The translations under genes were made by a program, and so were the position numbers. The notes under the pieces were generated by a model. The model was not told the origin of the DNA and searched no databases. It saw nothing but the letters and a program-made list of their open reading frames with translations. This document shows positions 1-10,949 of a stretch of 64,000 nucleotides of DNA, piece after piece (position 1 is the first letter of the stretch; each line of letters opens with the position of its first letter). The stretch covers positions 101,124,001 through 101,188,000 of the forward strand of contig NC_086097.1 in NCBI RefSeq assembly GCF_963921235.1. Reading direction: 5' to 3'. Source of the stretch: Mobula hypostoma. Lineage: Eukaryota.

Positions 1-1030
1 CTTACCAGGTACTCCATCGAGACCTTCCGCCTTGTGAGGGTTCACACTCTTTAAAGACAGCCTAACATTAGCCTCTGAGACGGAGATCACAGAATCAGCA
101 GGTGCAGCAAGGATCTTCATAGCTGTAGTTGCGTTCTCCCTTTCAAAGAGTTCATAAAAGGCATTGAGTTCATCTGGTAGTGAAGCATCGCTGCCATTTA
201 TGTTATTGGGTTTTGCTTTGTAGGAAGTAATGTCTTGCAGACCCTGCCAGAGTTGCCGTGCATATGATGTCACCTTCAACCTCGTTCGAAATTGTCTCTT
301 CCCCGTTGAAATAGCCCTCTGCAAATCACACCTGGTTTTCTGGTACAGGCCTGGGTTGCCAGACTTGAATGCCACAGATCTAGCCTTTAGCAGACAACGT
401 ACCTCCTGGTTCATCCATGGCTTTTGGTTTGGGAATGTACAGTAAGTCTTTGTGGGCACACACTCATCCACACAGGTTTTAATGAAGTCAGTAACAACTG
501 CAGCATACTCATCCAGGTTCAAAAAATACAGTCCAGTCCACCGATTCAAAGCAGTCCTGTCGGTGCTCCTGTGCTTCCCTCGTCCATACCTTCTTGGTTC
601 TCACTGCTGGTGCTGCAGTCTTCAGTCTCTACCTATACTCGGGGAGTAGAAGTATAGCCAGGTGAACAGACTTCCTGAAGTGAGGGCATAGAAATAGCAT
701 GGTAGGCATTCTTGATGGCGGTGTAGCAATGGTCTGGTGTGTTGTTTCCTCTAGTGATCTGTTGATGGTGGTTGCTTAGTGAGTTTTTCAGACTGGCCAG
801 GTTAAAATCTCCCAAAATGATGGTGAAGGCATTAGGGTGCACTGTTTCATGCCTGTTGATCCCATTACTCAGATCATCGAAAGCCTGCTTGATATTAGCC
901 TGAGGTGGAATGTAAACTGCTACCAAAATGACCCCAGAAAACTCCCATGCTAGGTAAAAAGGACGGTACTTTACTACTAGATATTCCAGGTCTGCTGAGC
1001 AGAATTGGGACAGCACTGATATATTTGTGT
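1..1030 (-). mobile_element. Rex1/Babar (L2-group) LINE fragment, AP endonuclease region, decayed
   Basis: ORF 633-1016 reads RPFYLAWEFSGVILVAVYIPPQA...ILGDFN...RGNNTPDHCY, a typical Rex1/Babar endonuclease; frameshifted. Confidence 0.8.
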
Positions 1031-1355
1031 ACCAAGATATTAACTTCCATAATATTGACTGGGACTACCATAGAGCCAGCGTGGATGACTTCACTCACCT
1101 TAATGCTGAAGTGATTCCACAACCTATAGACTCACTATGATGAACTCTACAACTCAGTATTACTTATTTCCTTTTTTACTATTATTTGCATGACTTGTCT
1201 TCTTTTGCATATTGGCTTTGCCAGTCATTGTTAATAAAAGTTTTTCACAAAATCTACTGTATTTATTATCTTGAAAATGTCTGCAACAAAACTAAATTCA
1301 AGGTAATATATGGTGACATATGCATATACTAATAATAAATTTACTTTGAACTTTA
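1030..1355 (+). mobile_element. Rex1/Babar LINE 3' tail
   Basis: Ends in ATAATAAATTTACTTTGAACTTT; the same tail recurs at ~2200-2516/7180-7207, 10950-11570(-), 18940-19530 and 50185-50820. Confidence 0.7.
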
Positions 1356-1680
1356 AAGGACTTCAGAAGGCAGAATGTGTTAAGCATGCCAAGGAAAGTT
1401 TTCTCAAGCAACATGTAGTTGACCCTACAAGACAGGAAGCACACTGGATCTTCTCATGGGAAATTAGGCAGGAAAAGTGACTAAAGAAATGGTAGGGGAG
1501 AACTTTTGGCAATGATTATATTCTATTAGCTTTAAAATAGTCATCGGAAAAGACAGGACTAGTTCATAAGCTAATGTCCTAATTTGGGGCATGGCTAACT
1601 TTGGTGGCATTAGAATGGAACTTGCAAAGATTGATTAAGAGAGGTTGGTTGCAAGTACGGAAACGCCTGGCAAGTGGGAT

Positions 1681-2516
1681 TATTTCACTCAACATCTCTC
1701 TCTATATTAGCAAAACTAAACAGCTGATTATTGACTTCAAGAGGAAGAAGTCAAAGGTCCATGAGCCAATCCTCATTAGAGGATCAGAGTTGGAGAGGGT
1801 CAGTAGTTTTAAATTCCTTGCTGTTATCATATAAGAGGATTTATCTTGGAACCAGCAAGTAAGTGTCATCACAAAGGTGCCCCTACTTTCTTAAAAATTT
1901 GCATAGATTGAGCATATCTTCTAAAATGTTGACAAACTTCTACAGGTGGAGTGCACAGTATCTTGATTGGTTGCATCACAGTCTGGTATGGAAACAGCAA
2001 TGCCCAGGAACAGAAAGGTCTACAGAAAGAGGTGGATCCAGCCAGTCCATCACAGGAAAAGCCCTCTCCACCACTGAGCACATTTACAAGGAGCACCGTC
2101 TCATGTGGTCTCTTTATTACAAGAAAGCAGCATCCATCAAAGACCCCACTAGCCAGGCCATACTTTCTTCTTGCTACTAAAAATCGGACAGGAGGTACGG
2201 GAGCCCTACATTCCACATCACAAGGTTTGGGAACAGTTATTACTCTACAACCATCAGGCTCTTGGACCAGTGTGGATAACTGCACTCACCTCAACCCTGA
2301 ACTGATTCCACAAACTACAGGCTCACTTTCAAGGATTCTACAACTCATATTCTCAGTATTATTTATTTACTTTGTATTTACATAATTTGTCTGGTTTTGC
2401 ACATTGATTGTCAGTCTTCATGTATAGTTTTTTCATAAATTCTATTATATTTCTTCATTTTCCTGTAAATACCTGAAAAAAATGAATCTCAAGGTAGTAA
2501 TGGTGTTGTAATTAGT
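1681..2516 (+). mobile_element. Rex1/Babar LINE 3' fragment; its tail resumes at 7180-7207 after the LTR element
   Basis: Peptides KTKQLIIDFKRK..ERVSSFKFL and SILIGCITVWYGNS; the tail AATGAATCTCAAGG..TAGT|ACTTTGATTATAAA is interrupted by the LTR element. Confidence 0.8.
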
Positions 2517-3118
2517 TGTAAGGGTTTCTTTTATGTTACTGCTAAGGTGAATAAAATGGCTTCTCTGTACTGTTAACTGCTGAGACAGTGGTTCTCTATA
2601 GCAGTATGTCTGGATTATAATTAGTGATAACGGGACTTGTATTCATTTGTTAACCAATTGGGATAGATGTTATTATTTCTGTCTGTGTGAAAGCTGTTAG
2701 TTGCGTGGGCTTTGGGGAGAAGGCACGAGAAGGATGAAGAGAGAAGACGTGGCTTGAAGAGACAGTTGCTGAACCCACTGGGCTTGGGCTCGGGGCGGGA
2801 TCCCAGGGATCGACGACGAGCAAAGGAGGATCAGCCAAAGGGAATCCGTGAGCTCCAACGTTTGTGCACTGGATATGTTTATGAGATTATTGGCACCTTT
2901 TATTTGTTTTCCTTTTCTTTTGTTTCTCTACTATTCCCATACTTAAATATAAAATCTTAATCATTTAACCGCACATTGCGGACTGAATGTTATTTCGGGG
3001 TACTGATGTTACACAGGGGACACAACATGCAGCATCCACCCAAACAATAATGCGAAGGTTTGGTCGGGGAGGGGGAGCCACCCCTGAGATCATGCCACTG
3101 GGCAAAGCAAGTCCTACG
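2517..3118 (+). repeat. 5' LTR (602 bp)
   Basis: Starts TGTAAGGG, ends CCTACG; direct repeat of 6547-7175. Confidence 0.95.
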
Positions 3119-3121
3119 TTG

Positions 3122-3139
3122 TGGGGGCTCGTCCGGGAT
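3122..3139 (+). promoter_or_regulatory. Primer-binding site complementary to tRNA-Pro
   Basis: TGGGGGCTCGTCCGGGAT, the canonical 18-nt tRNA-Pro PBS (as in MLV), 3 nt after the 5' LTR. Confidence 0.93.
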
Positions 3140-3189
3140 CTGGATTTTCGTAGGGTGCTGCGTGTTTGCCCTGTTTAAATCAGAGCCAG

Positions 3190-3990
3190 TGTGTCTCTGG
3201 GGGATTGCGGTTAGTAATGTGTACCTCTGTGGGATTGGGGTTAGTAACCGACTGAGTGGGGTGGATATTCATACCTTGGATGAATTGTTAACTCGATTTT
3301 TGAGTACGGTTAAAGCTGATGGCGAAGTTGAAAACCGCAGCGCAAAAGTTTGATAAAATGGCGGGCTCAGACCTTGCTTCAGCGCCGGCTAGCGCTGACG
3401 TCACAGAGGTGGGATTGTCAGTGTCTATTGGTGCCCTGGGTGAGGCGGGGCCAAGGGCTGTCCATACTGTCAGGAGGGAAGGGAAAGAGTGGTCGGAATA
3501 TTCCTGCTATGGCAAGCTCCACCTGATCTTTGGAATAATGTCCACCCCTAAAGGGGCGGAGCGGACCTCTCAGTTGTTAGGTGAGTGGCAGTGCTTGGCT
3601 GAGGGAAAGCGACAGGGATTGGTTGAAAGTTTGAATGGGCAGGCTACTGATGGTGTTAGAACTGTCAGGTTCAATTACCCCGTAGTGACAGCTGCCAGTT
3701 ATCTGAAAGCAGGGGAAAATGCATTTGGTTCGACTGGAAGCAAAATGCAGCACCTGGGGAGCTTTCCGTACCTGTGTCAGGAGATTGGGGAAAGGCTTTC
3801 AGTGTATCTTCTCTGGCTAGGGGTCAGCTAGATTGTTTGCAGCGCCAGGGGGATCATTTAAGGGGATCAGCCCCTCCCTCAGTTGTTCAGCTGATTAGAG
3901 AGATGTCGGGAAACTTAGTGGAGGCCCAGTGGGGGAAACAGCTTGGGGTCTCTGGGGGAACATGTTCCCAGCAATGTACCAAGGAACTCC
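3190..3990 (+). pseudogene. PNMA (paraneoplastic Ma)-type Gag, frameshifted and internally deleted
   Basis: LSGVDIHTLDELL...; YGKLHLIFGIMSTPKG..LLGEWQC..KRQGLVESLNGQA..ENAFGSTGS..QEIGERLSVYL resembles the PNMA-like capsid. Confidence 0.85.
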
Positions 3991-3994
3991 CGAA

Positions 3995-5215
3995 AGGAAA
4001 AAACCCTATTCCTGAAGGCTTAGAGGGACCACACCCCCGTGTGTCGTTACAGATAGATGGAAGCTCTGCTAAGGCCATCCTTGACACCAGGGCGCAGGTC
4101 AAGTTGCTGCACAGTTCCTTTTGCAACCGGTATTTGAAGCATTTACTCTCGACACCATTCAGGGCACTGGAAATTCGGAGTATCAGTGCTAGGGATTATT
4201 CAGAAGACGATTATTGGTCAGTGAAACTGGAGTTCTCGGAGGCCAAGGTGGGGGTGTCTGAACTTCGTGAATCGTTAGTGCTGATGTGTCCGGACACTGT
4301 TGAGACGGGCAGCGTTTCGATTCCAGAGAGGACCAACACCCCACTGATGCAGAGGCGCATGGGGGCCTGCCAGGAGGAGGCGGGTGAGAGTTGTTTGGGG
4401 GCGTTGTCTGTGCACCCCATGTTTCGAGGTGCTTGTGAGGACGTGTGTAGCAGCATTGGGCGGGTACCGAATTTAAACGAGAGCCGATGATGGTATGGCC
4501 CGGGGGAAGTATCTGAGGGTGAGACCCTCTTAGTGGATGCTCCAATGTACCACGTGGGGGGGGGAGTTGACTGCTGAAGACACCTCACAGAGAGAGAGGT
4601 TGCGGGGACTGGCCCCTGTAGCTGTGGAAGACGTAGTGTGTGTGGGTTATAGGGCTCTGAACAGGCGCACGGTCATTGACCCGAATACGGTCCTGAGGGC
4701 CGAAGACGCTATGGCCTGTTAGTGTGGTGCGACGTGGCTTAATGTGCTGGATCTGAGGAGTGGATGTTGCCAGATCCCGATGAGTGAGGCCAACAAGAAG
4801 ACGGCCGTTATAGGTCCCCTAGGAATTTTCCGGTCCGAAAAGATGCCAAAGGGCATTTCCAGAGCGCCTGCAACCTTCCCACGGGGTGTGGGGAAGACCA
4901 TGGGGGATGTGGAAGTGTTTGGAGTTCTGCCGTATGTGGATGACCGCCTAGGGTTTGGATTCGCCTTGGGGGACTATGACGCGAGGCGAGTGGCGAAGCC
5001 CGGGTGACAAAGAGTTAAAGAACTAAAACTTTCTTTGGACAGGTGCCAGGTCTGGAGAAAGATGCAGTTCATGTGTGCTCTGTGTTCAGCTGTGGAATTC
5101 TACGGTAATCCTTGGAGATTCGCCAGGGACTACGGCACAGTGCGGCACGCCTTGAATCTGCTGCTGTGTGGCTACCCTCCCTTGGAGAAGAAAGGGAGGG
5201 GGGAAAAGCGACAGA
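3995..5215 (+). pseudogene. Gypsy aspartic protease and reverse transcriptase, decayed
   Basis: AILDTRAQV (degenerate DTG motif); [41 protein letters not shown] (YxDD); connection region FARDYGTVRHALNLLLCGYPP. Confidence 0.9.
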
Positions 5216-5244
5216 AGCAAAGTGTAAAATGTGGAGTAGTTTTT

Positions 5245-6055
5245 GGCCGGCAGAGTTTGGTGCAATCTGAGAGAAATGACCCGATATACCAGTTGAACTT
5301 CCTGGTGTTGGAACAGACAATGGTGGACCTGGGGCTGGAAACCCAGGTCGTCAATCGGAATGAGACACTGGAGAGAGATGGGATTTGCACCGCTGAACTG
5401 AGCGCTCAGAAATGCAGGCTGGAGACTGCAAGAGTGCCGCACTTTTGGGGCAGACCTCGAAGACTTAGAGTCCACACTCATCAATGGAGACGGAGAACCA
5501 AAATTTTGAGCAGGAACTGCGGCCACTTACTGATGAATTAATCCAGAAAAGATTGGAAGACTTACAAGTTGGGGAAGACGAAGGAAGCTGTCTAGGCCAA
5601 CAGAAAACCGAGAGCCCAGAGAAGGGAGTTTGATTACATTTCCGAGGAGGTGAAGCAATCGAGGACAGATCTTGGAAAAGGGAAGCAGATGCTTGAAGGG
5701 AACCTGAAGATGACCATCGACAGTTTAAATGAAGTGGAAAAACTGAAAGTTGACCTGGAAAAAGTCATCAGGAAGAAAAAGCTAGAGATAAGTTCAGTGG
5801 ACACTAAACTGGAGGCTGAACATTCTTTAACTGCTGCTTTTCAGGTCGGCATGGAAGAAGCTGGTGGAGTAACTATGTCTCAGATTGAGACGGCCAAGAA
5901 GCGTGAGTCAGAACTGCTGAGACTGTGACGAGAGGTGGAGGAGTCCAAGAAGAAGCTGACGTCTCGATTACAGGAGGCTGAAGAGGCTGTAGAAGCAGTC
6001 CAGGCCAAGTGCTTCAGTTTGGAGAAAATCAAACAGCAGCTACCAATTGAGGAAA
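5245..6055 (+). pseudogene. Captured intronless sarcomeric myosin heavy chain rod fragment (MYH16-like)
   Basis: [61 protein letters not shown] and [27 protein letters not shown] are recognisable myosin II rod segments. Confidence 0.9.
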
Positions 6056-6533
6056 TGAGGAAAAATACGGATTCGAAGGATGATGTGCTGGATGTGTGGT
6101 ACATGCTGCCTTTCACTAACTTCCCCTTGATTGAGGAAGAGACTTTTGGCCCTTCTCCCACTGAGTGAGGTGCAGTGGGGAGGACTAGCTGTGGGCAGCC
6201 TGGGTTACAGCAGGACCCTGAAGGAAAAGAAGGGGGCTCCCGGACACGGGAAAGGGGGCTCCGAGTTACAGTGGGGGCATGAGTGAGAGATTGAGAGAGG
6301 AGTTGGCAAGCAGACCCAAGGTATCCCCAGTTGCGTCCGAGCCTGAAGGGTTTAGGTGAGGGGGTACGGAGGTTTTGGAGGATTAGGAAACTCCCAGATA
6401 AGTTGGCCTATGTAGCGCCTGGGGAACAGGGTGTAAGGTCTACTGTTTGGGGAGCAATGTCACTGTTTGGGTTTTTGTATCTGCAGGAAGGGTTGGCGAG
6501 TTATTTAGAAGTCATGAGGACATGACTAAATTT

Positions 6534-6546
6534 GGTGGGGGGAGAG
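6534..6546 (+). promoter_or_regulatory. Polypurine tract
   Basis: GGTGGGGGGAGAG immediately before the 3' LTR. Confidence 0.85.
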
Positions 6547-7175
6547 TGCAAGGGTTTCTTCTTTTATGTTACCGCTAAGGTGAATAAAATGGCTTCTCTG
6601 TACTGTTAACTGCTGAGACAGTGGTTCTCTATAGCAGTATGCTTGGATTATAATTAGTGATAATGGGACTTGTATTCATTTGTTAACCAATTGGGATAGA
6701 TGTTATTCTTTCTGTCTGTGTGAAAGCTGTTAGTTGCGCGGGCTTTGGGGAGAAGGCGCAAGGAGGATGAAGCGAGAAGACGTGGCTTGAGGAGACAGTT
6801 GCCGGACCTGCTGGGCCTGGGCTCGGGGCGGGAGCCAGGCCTGGGCTCGGGGTGGCAGCCCAGGAGTCGACGACGAGCGCAGGAGGATCAGCGAAAGGGA
6901 ATCCGTGAGCTCTAACATTTGTGCACTGGACATGTTTATGAGATTATTGGCGCCTTTCATTTGTTTTCTTTTTCTTTTGTTTCTCTACCAACCCCATACT
7001 TAAATATAAAATCTTAATCATTTAACCGCACCTTGTGGCCTGAATGTTATTTCGGGGTACTGATGTTACACAGGGGACACAACACGCAGCATCCACCCAA
7101 ACAAGAATGCGAAGGTTTGGTCGGGGAGGGGGAGCCACCCCTGAGATCATGCCACTGGGCAAAGTGAGTCGTACA
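6547..7175 (+). repeat. 3' LTR (629 bp)
   Basis: Starts TGCAAGGG, ends GTACA; has a 24-bp tandem duplication (6814-6861) and 3 extra bases relative to the 5' LTR. Confidence 0.95.
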
Positions 7176-7834
7176 TAGTACTTTGATTATAAACATACTT
7201 TGAATTTAAAAAAAGAAAAAGAATTCCAAGTTAATATGTTCCTGTTAGAGAGGAGGGCAAGCTGGCAGGATTGGGGAACCCTGGTTGATGTAGGATTTTG
7301 ATGCTCTGGTCAGGAAAAGGTGAGAGACACTCATGTATCATCAGGTAGGATCAACTGATTCCCTAAGTAGTATAAAGGATGTAGGAGTACACAAGAGGGA
7401 AATCAGGAGGGCAAAAAGAGGATGTGAGACAGTTTTGGCAAATAAGATAAAGGAGGATTCTATTACATTTATCTATTCTATACCAACTGTCCACAACCAG
7501 AGCCTTTTGCAGTCTGAGGAAGAGCATATTTAAAGACTAAAAGCTTGAACCCAGCTTAAAGCTCAAGGTCTACTGGGCAGCGATGATCTCTGTCCCCTGT
7601 ATGTTTAAGTAGCAAGGACTAGACACATCAAACCACTGGAAACACAAAATCGCAAAATCCTGCAAATCCATCAGCAGGTTTAAGTAAAACAATATTGTAT
7701 GCTTTAATCACACCAACTGAGGGTCTAATTATACTTAATCAACCTCAATTGACCAGCCATGCCATTGGAAAATCCAACATCAGATTGTTAGCTCCCAAAA
7801 AGGGCAATACTCCAGGCTCTATCATGGGAAAAAG

Positions 7835-9872
7835 ATTAGACCATAAGGCACAGGTGCAGAATTGGGCCATTTGGCCCACCAAGTCTGCTCCTCTATTCAA
7901 TCATGGCTGATCCCTTTGTCCCCCTCCTCAGCCCCACTCCCCAGCCTTCTTCCTGTAACCTCTGAAGCTGTGTCCAATCAAGAACCTATCAAGCTCTGCC
8001 TTAAATACACCTAATGACCTGGTCTCCACAACTGCCCGTGGTATAAAATTATACAAATTCACACTCTCTGGCTCAAGAAATTTCTCCATATCTCCATTTT
8101 AAATGGATGCCCCCCTAACCTAAGACCTCTTGTCCTAAACCCCCACCATGAGAAACATCCTTTGCACATCTACTCTGTCTAAGCCTTTCAACATTCAAAA
8201 GGTTTCAAAGAGATTCCCCGTCTGTCTAGGTACCATATCCGATGCGGACTTTGGTGACCATGGTTTTCCATATAGATCCTTCATTTTTTTGGATGACTTC
8301 CATTTCCTCGATGTGTAGCCACCTGGCTATGCTTTTGATGTACATAAGCCGAGGTCTTCCTGCAGGTTTACTCCCCTCAATCTTTCCAGAGTATGAGTTT
8401 TTCTAGTTCATCTTTCCGCATGATGTGTCCTAGGAATCTGAGTTGTCTTTCTCTTATTGTTGGTATGAGTGATCGAACTGCTTGGGCTCTTCTGAGAACT
8501 TCTTCATTTGATGTGTGTGTGGTCCATGATATTTTTAACATTCTCCTGTAGAACCATAATTCAGCTGCTTCTAGTCTCTTTTCCATTGCTGTGGAAATGA
8601 TCCAGCACTCACTTCCATAAGTCAGGATAGAATAAATGTAGCACTGCAGTATTCTGTTTTTAGTGTACATGCTCATCTTTCTGTCTGTTAATATGGTCTT
8701 CATTTTTTGGAAAGCTTCTTTCGCCATTGCTATTCTGTATTTGATATCTGTGTCACACCTGCCATTACTTGTTATTAGGCTGCCAAGATATCTGAATTTG
8801 TTGACTTGTTTGATGTTTGTATTTCTGATCTTGATCACACATTGTGGGATGTTTGTCTTTCTGGAGATGACCATGCTTTCTGTCTTCTTGGTGTTGATTG
8901 AGAGGCCTCTACGATTACTTTCTGCCGCCACTATAGTGAGTAGTTCTTGAAGTTTTGTTTCTGAGTCAGCTATTAGTACAATGTCATCAGCATATCTGAT
9001 GTTATTTATATTATGGCCTCCAATTGTGAATCCTATGTCTTTGATACTTCTCAAGATATTTTCACTATACAGGTTGAATAAGTCTGGCGAAAAGACACAA
9101 CCTTGCCTGACTCCTCTCATGATATTCACATACTCACTCACTTCTCCTTCTATTCTGATTGATGCTGCCTGATTCCAGTATAAGTTTCTTAAAAAACGTA
9201 TATCTTTCCCATCTATGTCAAGATCTTGAAGCATTTCCAGAAGATCTTGCTGTCTGACAGTGTCAAAAGCTTTTGTATAGTCAATGAAACATAGGTAGAC
9301 GTCCGTAGCATGAAAGTTGCATTTCTGGTTCCAGTGTTTTCCACAAAGCTGCATTGTTCCCCCTCTTCATTCTAAGTTCCAGTGAGTACTGACACAAAGC
9401 CATCAAATGTTCCTCCTATGGTAACCCTTTCATTCCCAGAATTATCCTTGTAAACCTCCTCTGAAACCTCTCCAATGCCAGCACAGCTTTTCTTAGATGA
9501 GAAGCCCAAAACAGTTCACAATACTCAAGGTGAGGCCTCATCAGTGCCGTATAAAGTCTCAGCATCACATCCTTGCTCTTGCATTCTAGCCCTCTTGAAA
9601 TGAATGCTAAAATTACATTTGCCTTCCTCACCACTGACTCGACCTGCAAGGTGTTCTGCACAAGGATTCCCAAGTCCCTTGGCATCTCAGATTTTTGGAT
9701 TTTCTCCCCATTTAGAAAATAGTCTGCACATTTATTTCCACTACCAAAGTGCATGACCATGCATTTTCCAACATTGTATTTCATTTACCACTTTCTTGCC
9801 CATTCTCCTAAACTGTCCCAGTCTTTCTGCAGCCTACCTGTTTCCTCAACACACCCTGCCCCTCCACCAGAT
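7835..9872 (-). mobile_element. CR1 LINE 3' end, interrupted by an RTE element
   Basis: ORF 9416-9784: KCMVMHFG...RLYTALMRPHLEYC...QRRFTRII; CR1 3' tail near 7835. Confidence 0.9.
8220..9356 (-). mobile_element. RTE-clade LINE, 5'-truncated, RT frame open for 325 aa
   Basis: CFIDYTKAFD, RGVRQGCVFSPDLFNLYSE, IRYADD, LTYGSECW; TSD TTCCCC (8214-8219 and 9357-9362). Confidence 0.92.
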
Positions 9873-10357
9873 TACCAGGAGAACAGAGGAAAAAAATTCT
9901 TAGGGCCTTTGTACAAACTTATATCTCCACTAACTCATAAGAATTCTTAGCCCACAAATGGACAAAATGGAGCACTATTTAGGATGTAACTGATAACCAA
10001 GTCCTTACATCAGAAACCTAGCAAAAGCAGCCGGGGTGAGGGGAGGGGGGTGGGCAGTCCAGATTCCATCTCATGACGCCTCCTTCCTACCCATATTGAC
10101 CTCATCAGTCATCTTAGAACCCACAGAATTGGAAACATGACTCCAGGGTCTGTGCAAGAAGCTTCTAGCTTCATTTCTAACACCTGAGGACATATTCCAT
10201 CCTGATTGTGTGACTTTCTCACTTCTATTGAAAATTGAAAATATAAATCTGTCAGTTTGGATTGACTCTTGAAACTGAATGTGGCTGGAAGTTTTCTGAA
10301 TAAAGTACATAAAGGACCCATGGAGCATCTTAACATGAATAACTGAACTTATTGAAA

Positions 10358-10899
10358 AGCTGGCTTAATTCATTAAGAGTGGCCCGGAAGGGGCGGACCC
10401 GAGTCTGTCCATTCAGGAGCCAGTGTTGGAACAATTTTCATCTGGCCGTCCACAGCCGTTCCAATATGCGTGGCCCTAAGCTAACATCACCTGATTGAGT
10501 CTTTGAAGAACGCAAGCCTCCACATGATGTCAACGAACATAGCGAATGGTGTCAATACTGGCACACCAACATACCTCCCTGTGGAGATCTGATTGTTGAC
10601 ATCACCTCGCTCCTTCCGGGCTTTACTGCAGCCACCAGAAAAAGAAAACTGGACAGCTGCAAATAGACCTAGAAGTCAACAAGCCAAAACAGCACAATCA
10701 TTACACCGATGGGATGCCCGTCAAACCCCAGCTTGCCCCTGTGGTGCCCCAACCCAGGACATTCTCTACCTGGTCCAAACATGCCCTCTCACCAAGGTCC
10801 GAGACAACTTTGCCACGGTCCATCCAGCTGGATGAGTGGCTTGACAAACACCAATGAGAGGTGTGAAGAAAAAAAACACCTGCCATACAAAACTACAAC
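10358..10899 (+). mobile_element. Internally deleted Ingi/Vingi (I-group)-like LINE derivative
   Basis: C-terminal WTAANRPRS..SLHRWD..PACPCGAPTQDILYLVQTCPLTK zinc-knuckle-like region; (CAA)n-like tail; imperfect flanking repeat AACTGAA(C/A)TTATT(G/A)AAA. Confidence 0.6.
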
Positions 10900-10949
10900 A
10901 ACTGAAATTATTAAAATCCACTGCACACACTGGCCAATAAAGAACTCTT

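Larger units (their letters stand above)
2517..7175 (+). mobile_element. Gypsy/Ty3 LTR retrotransposon with PNMA-like gag; non-autonomous, carries a myosin gene fragment
   Basis: Two LTRs, 4-bp TSD TAGT (2513-2516 and 7176-7179), primer-binding site, polypurine tract, decayed gag-protease-RT; no recognisable RNase H or integrase core. Confidence 0.95.
1356..7530 (+). mobile_element. Old CR1 LINE ORF2 fragment split into 1356-1680 and ~7215-7530 by younger insertions
   Basis: CR1-like peptides on both sides (e.g. KREIRRAKRGCETVLANKIKED at 7390-7460) that match the more intact CR1 copies in the window. Confidence 0.6.

Noticed and set aside
3122..3139. Gammaretrovirus/ERV because of the MLV-type PBS
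   Set aside because: Gag, protease and RT are Gypsy-like and there is no env; tRNA-Pro priming is not diagnostic.
5245..6055. Functional host myosin gene
   Set aside because: No motor domain or introns; it has stops, frameshifts and deletions and lies inside an LTR element.
10071..10336. Minus-strand exon candidate (acceptor TTTTCAATAG near 10225)
   Set aside because: No convincing donor and no recognisable peptide in any frame.
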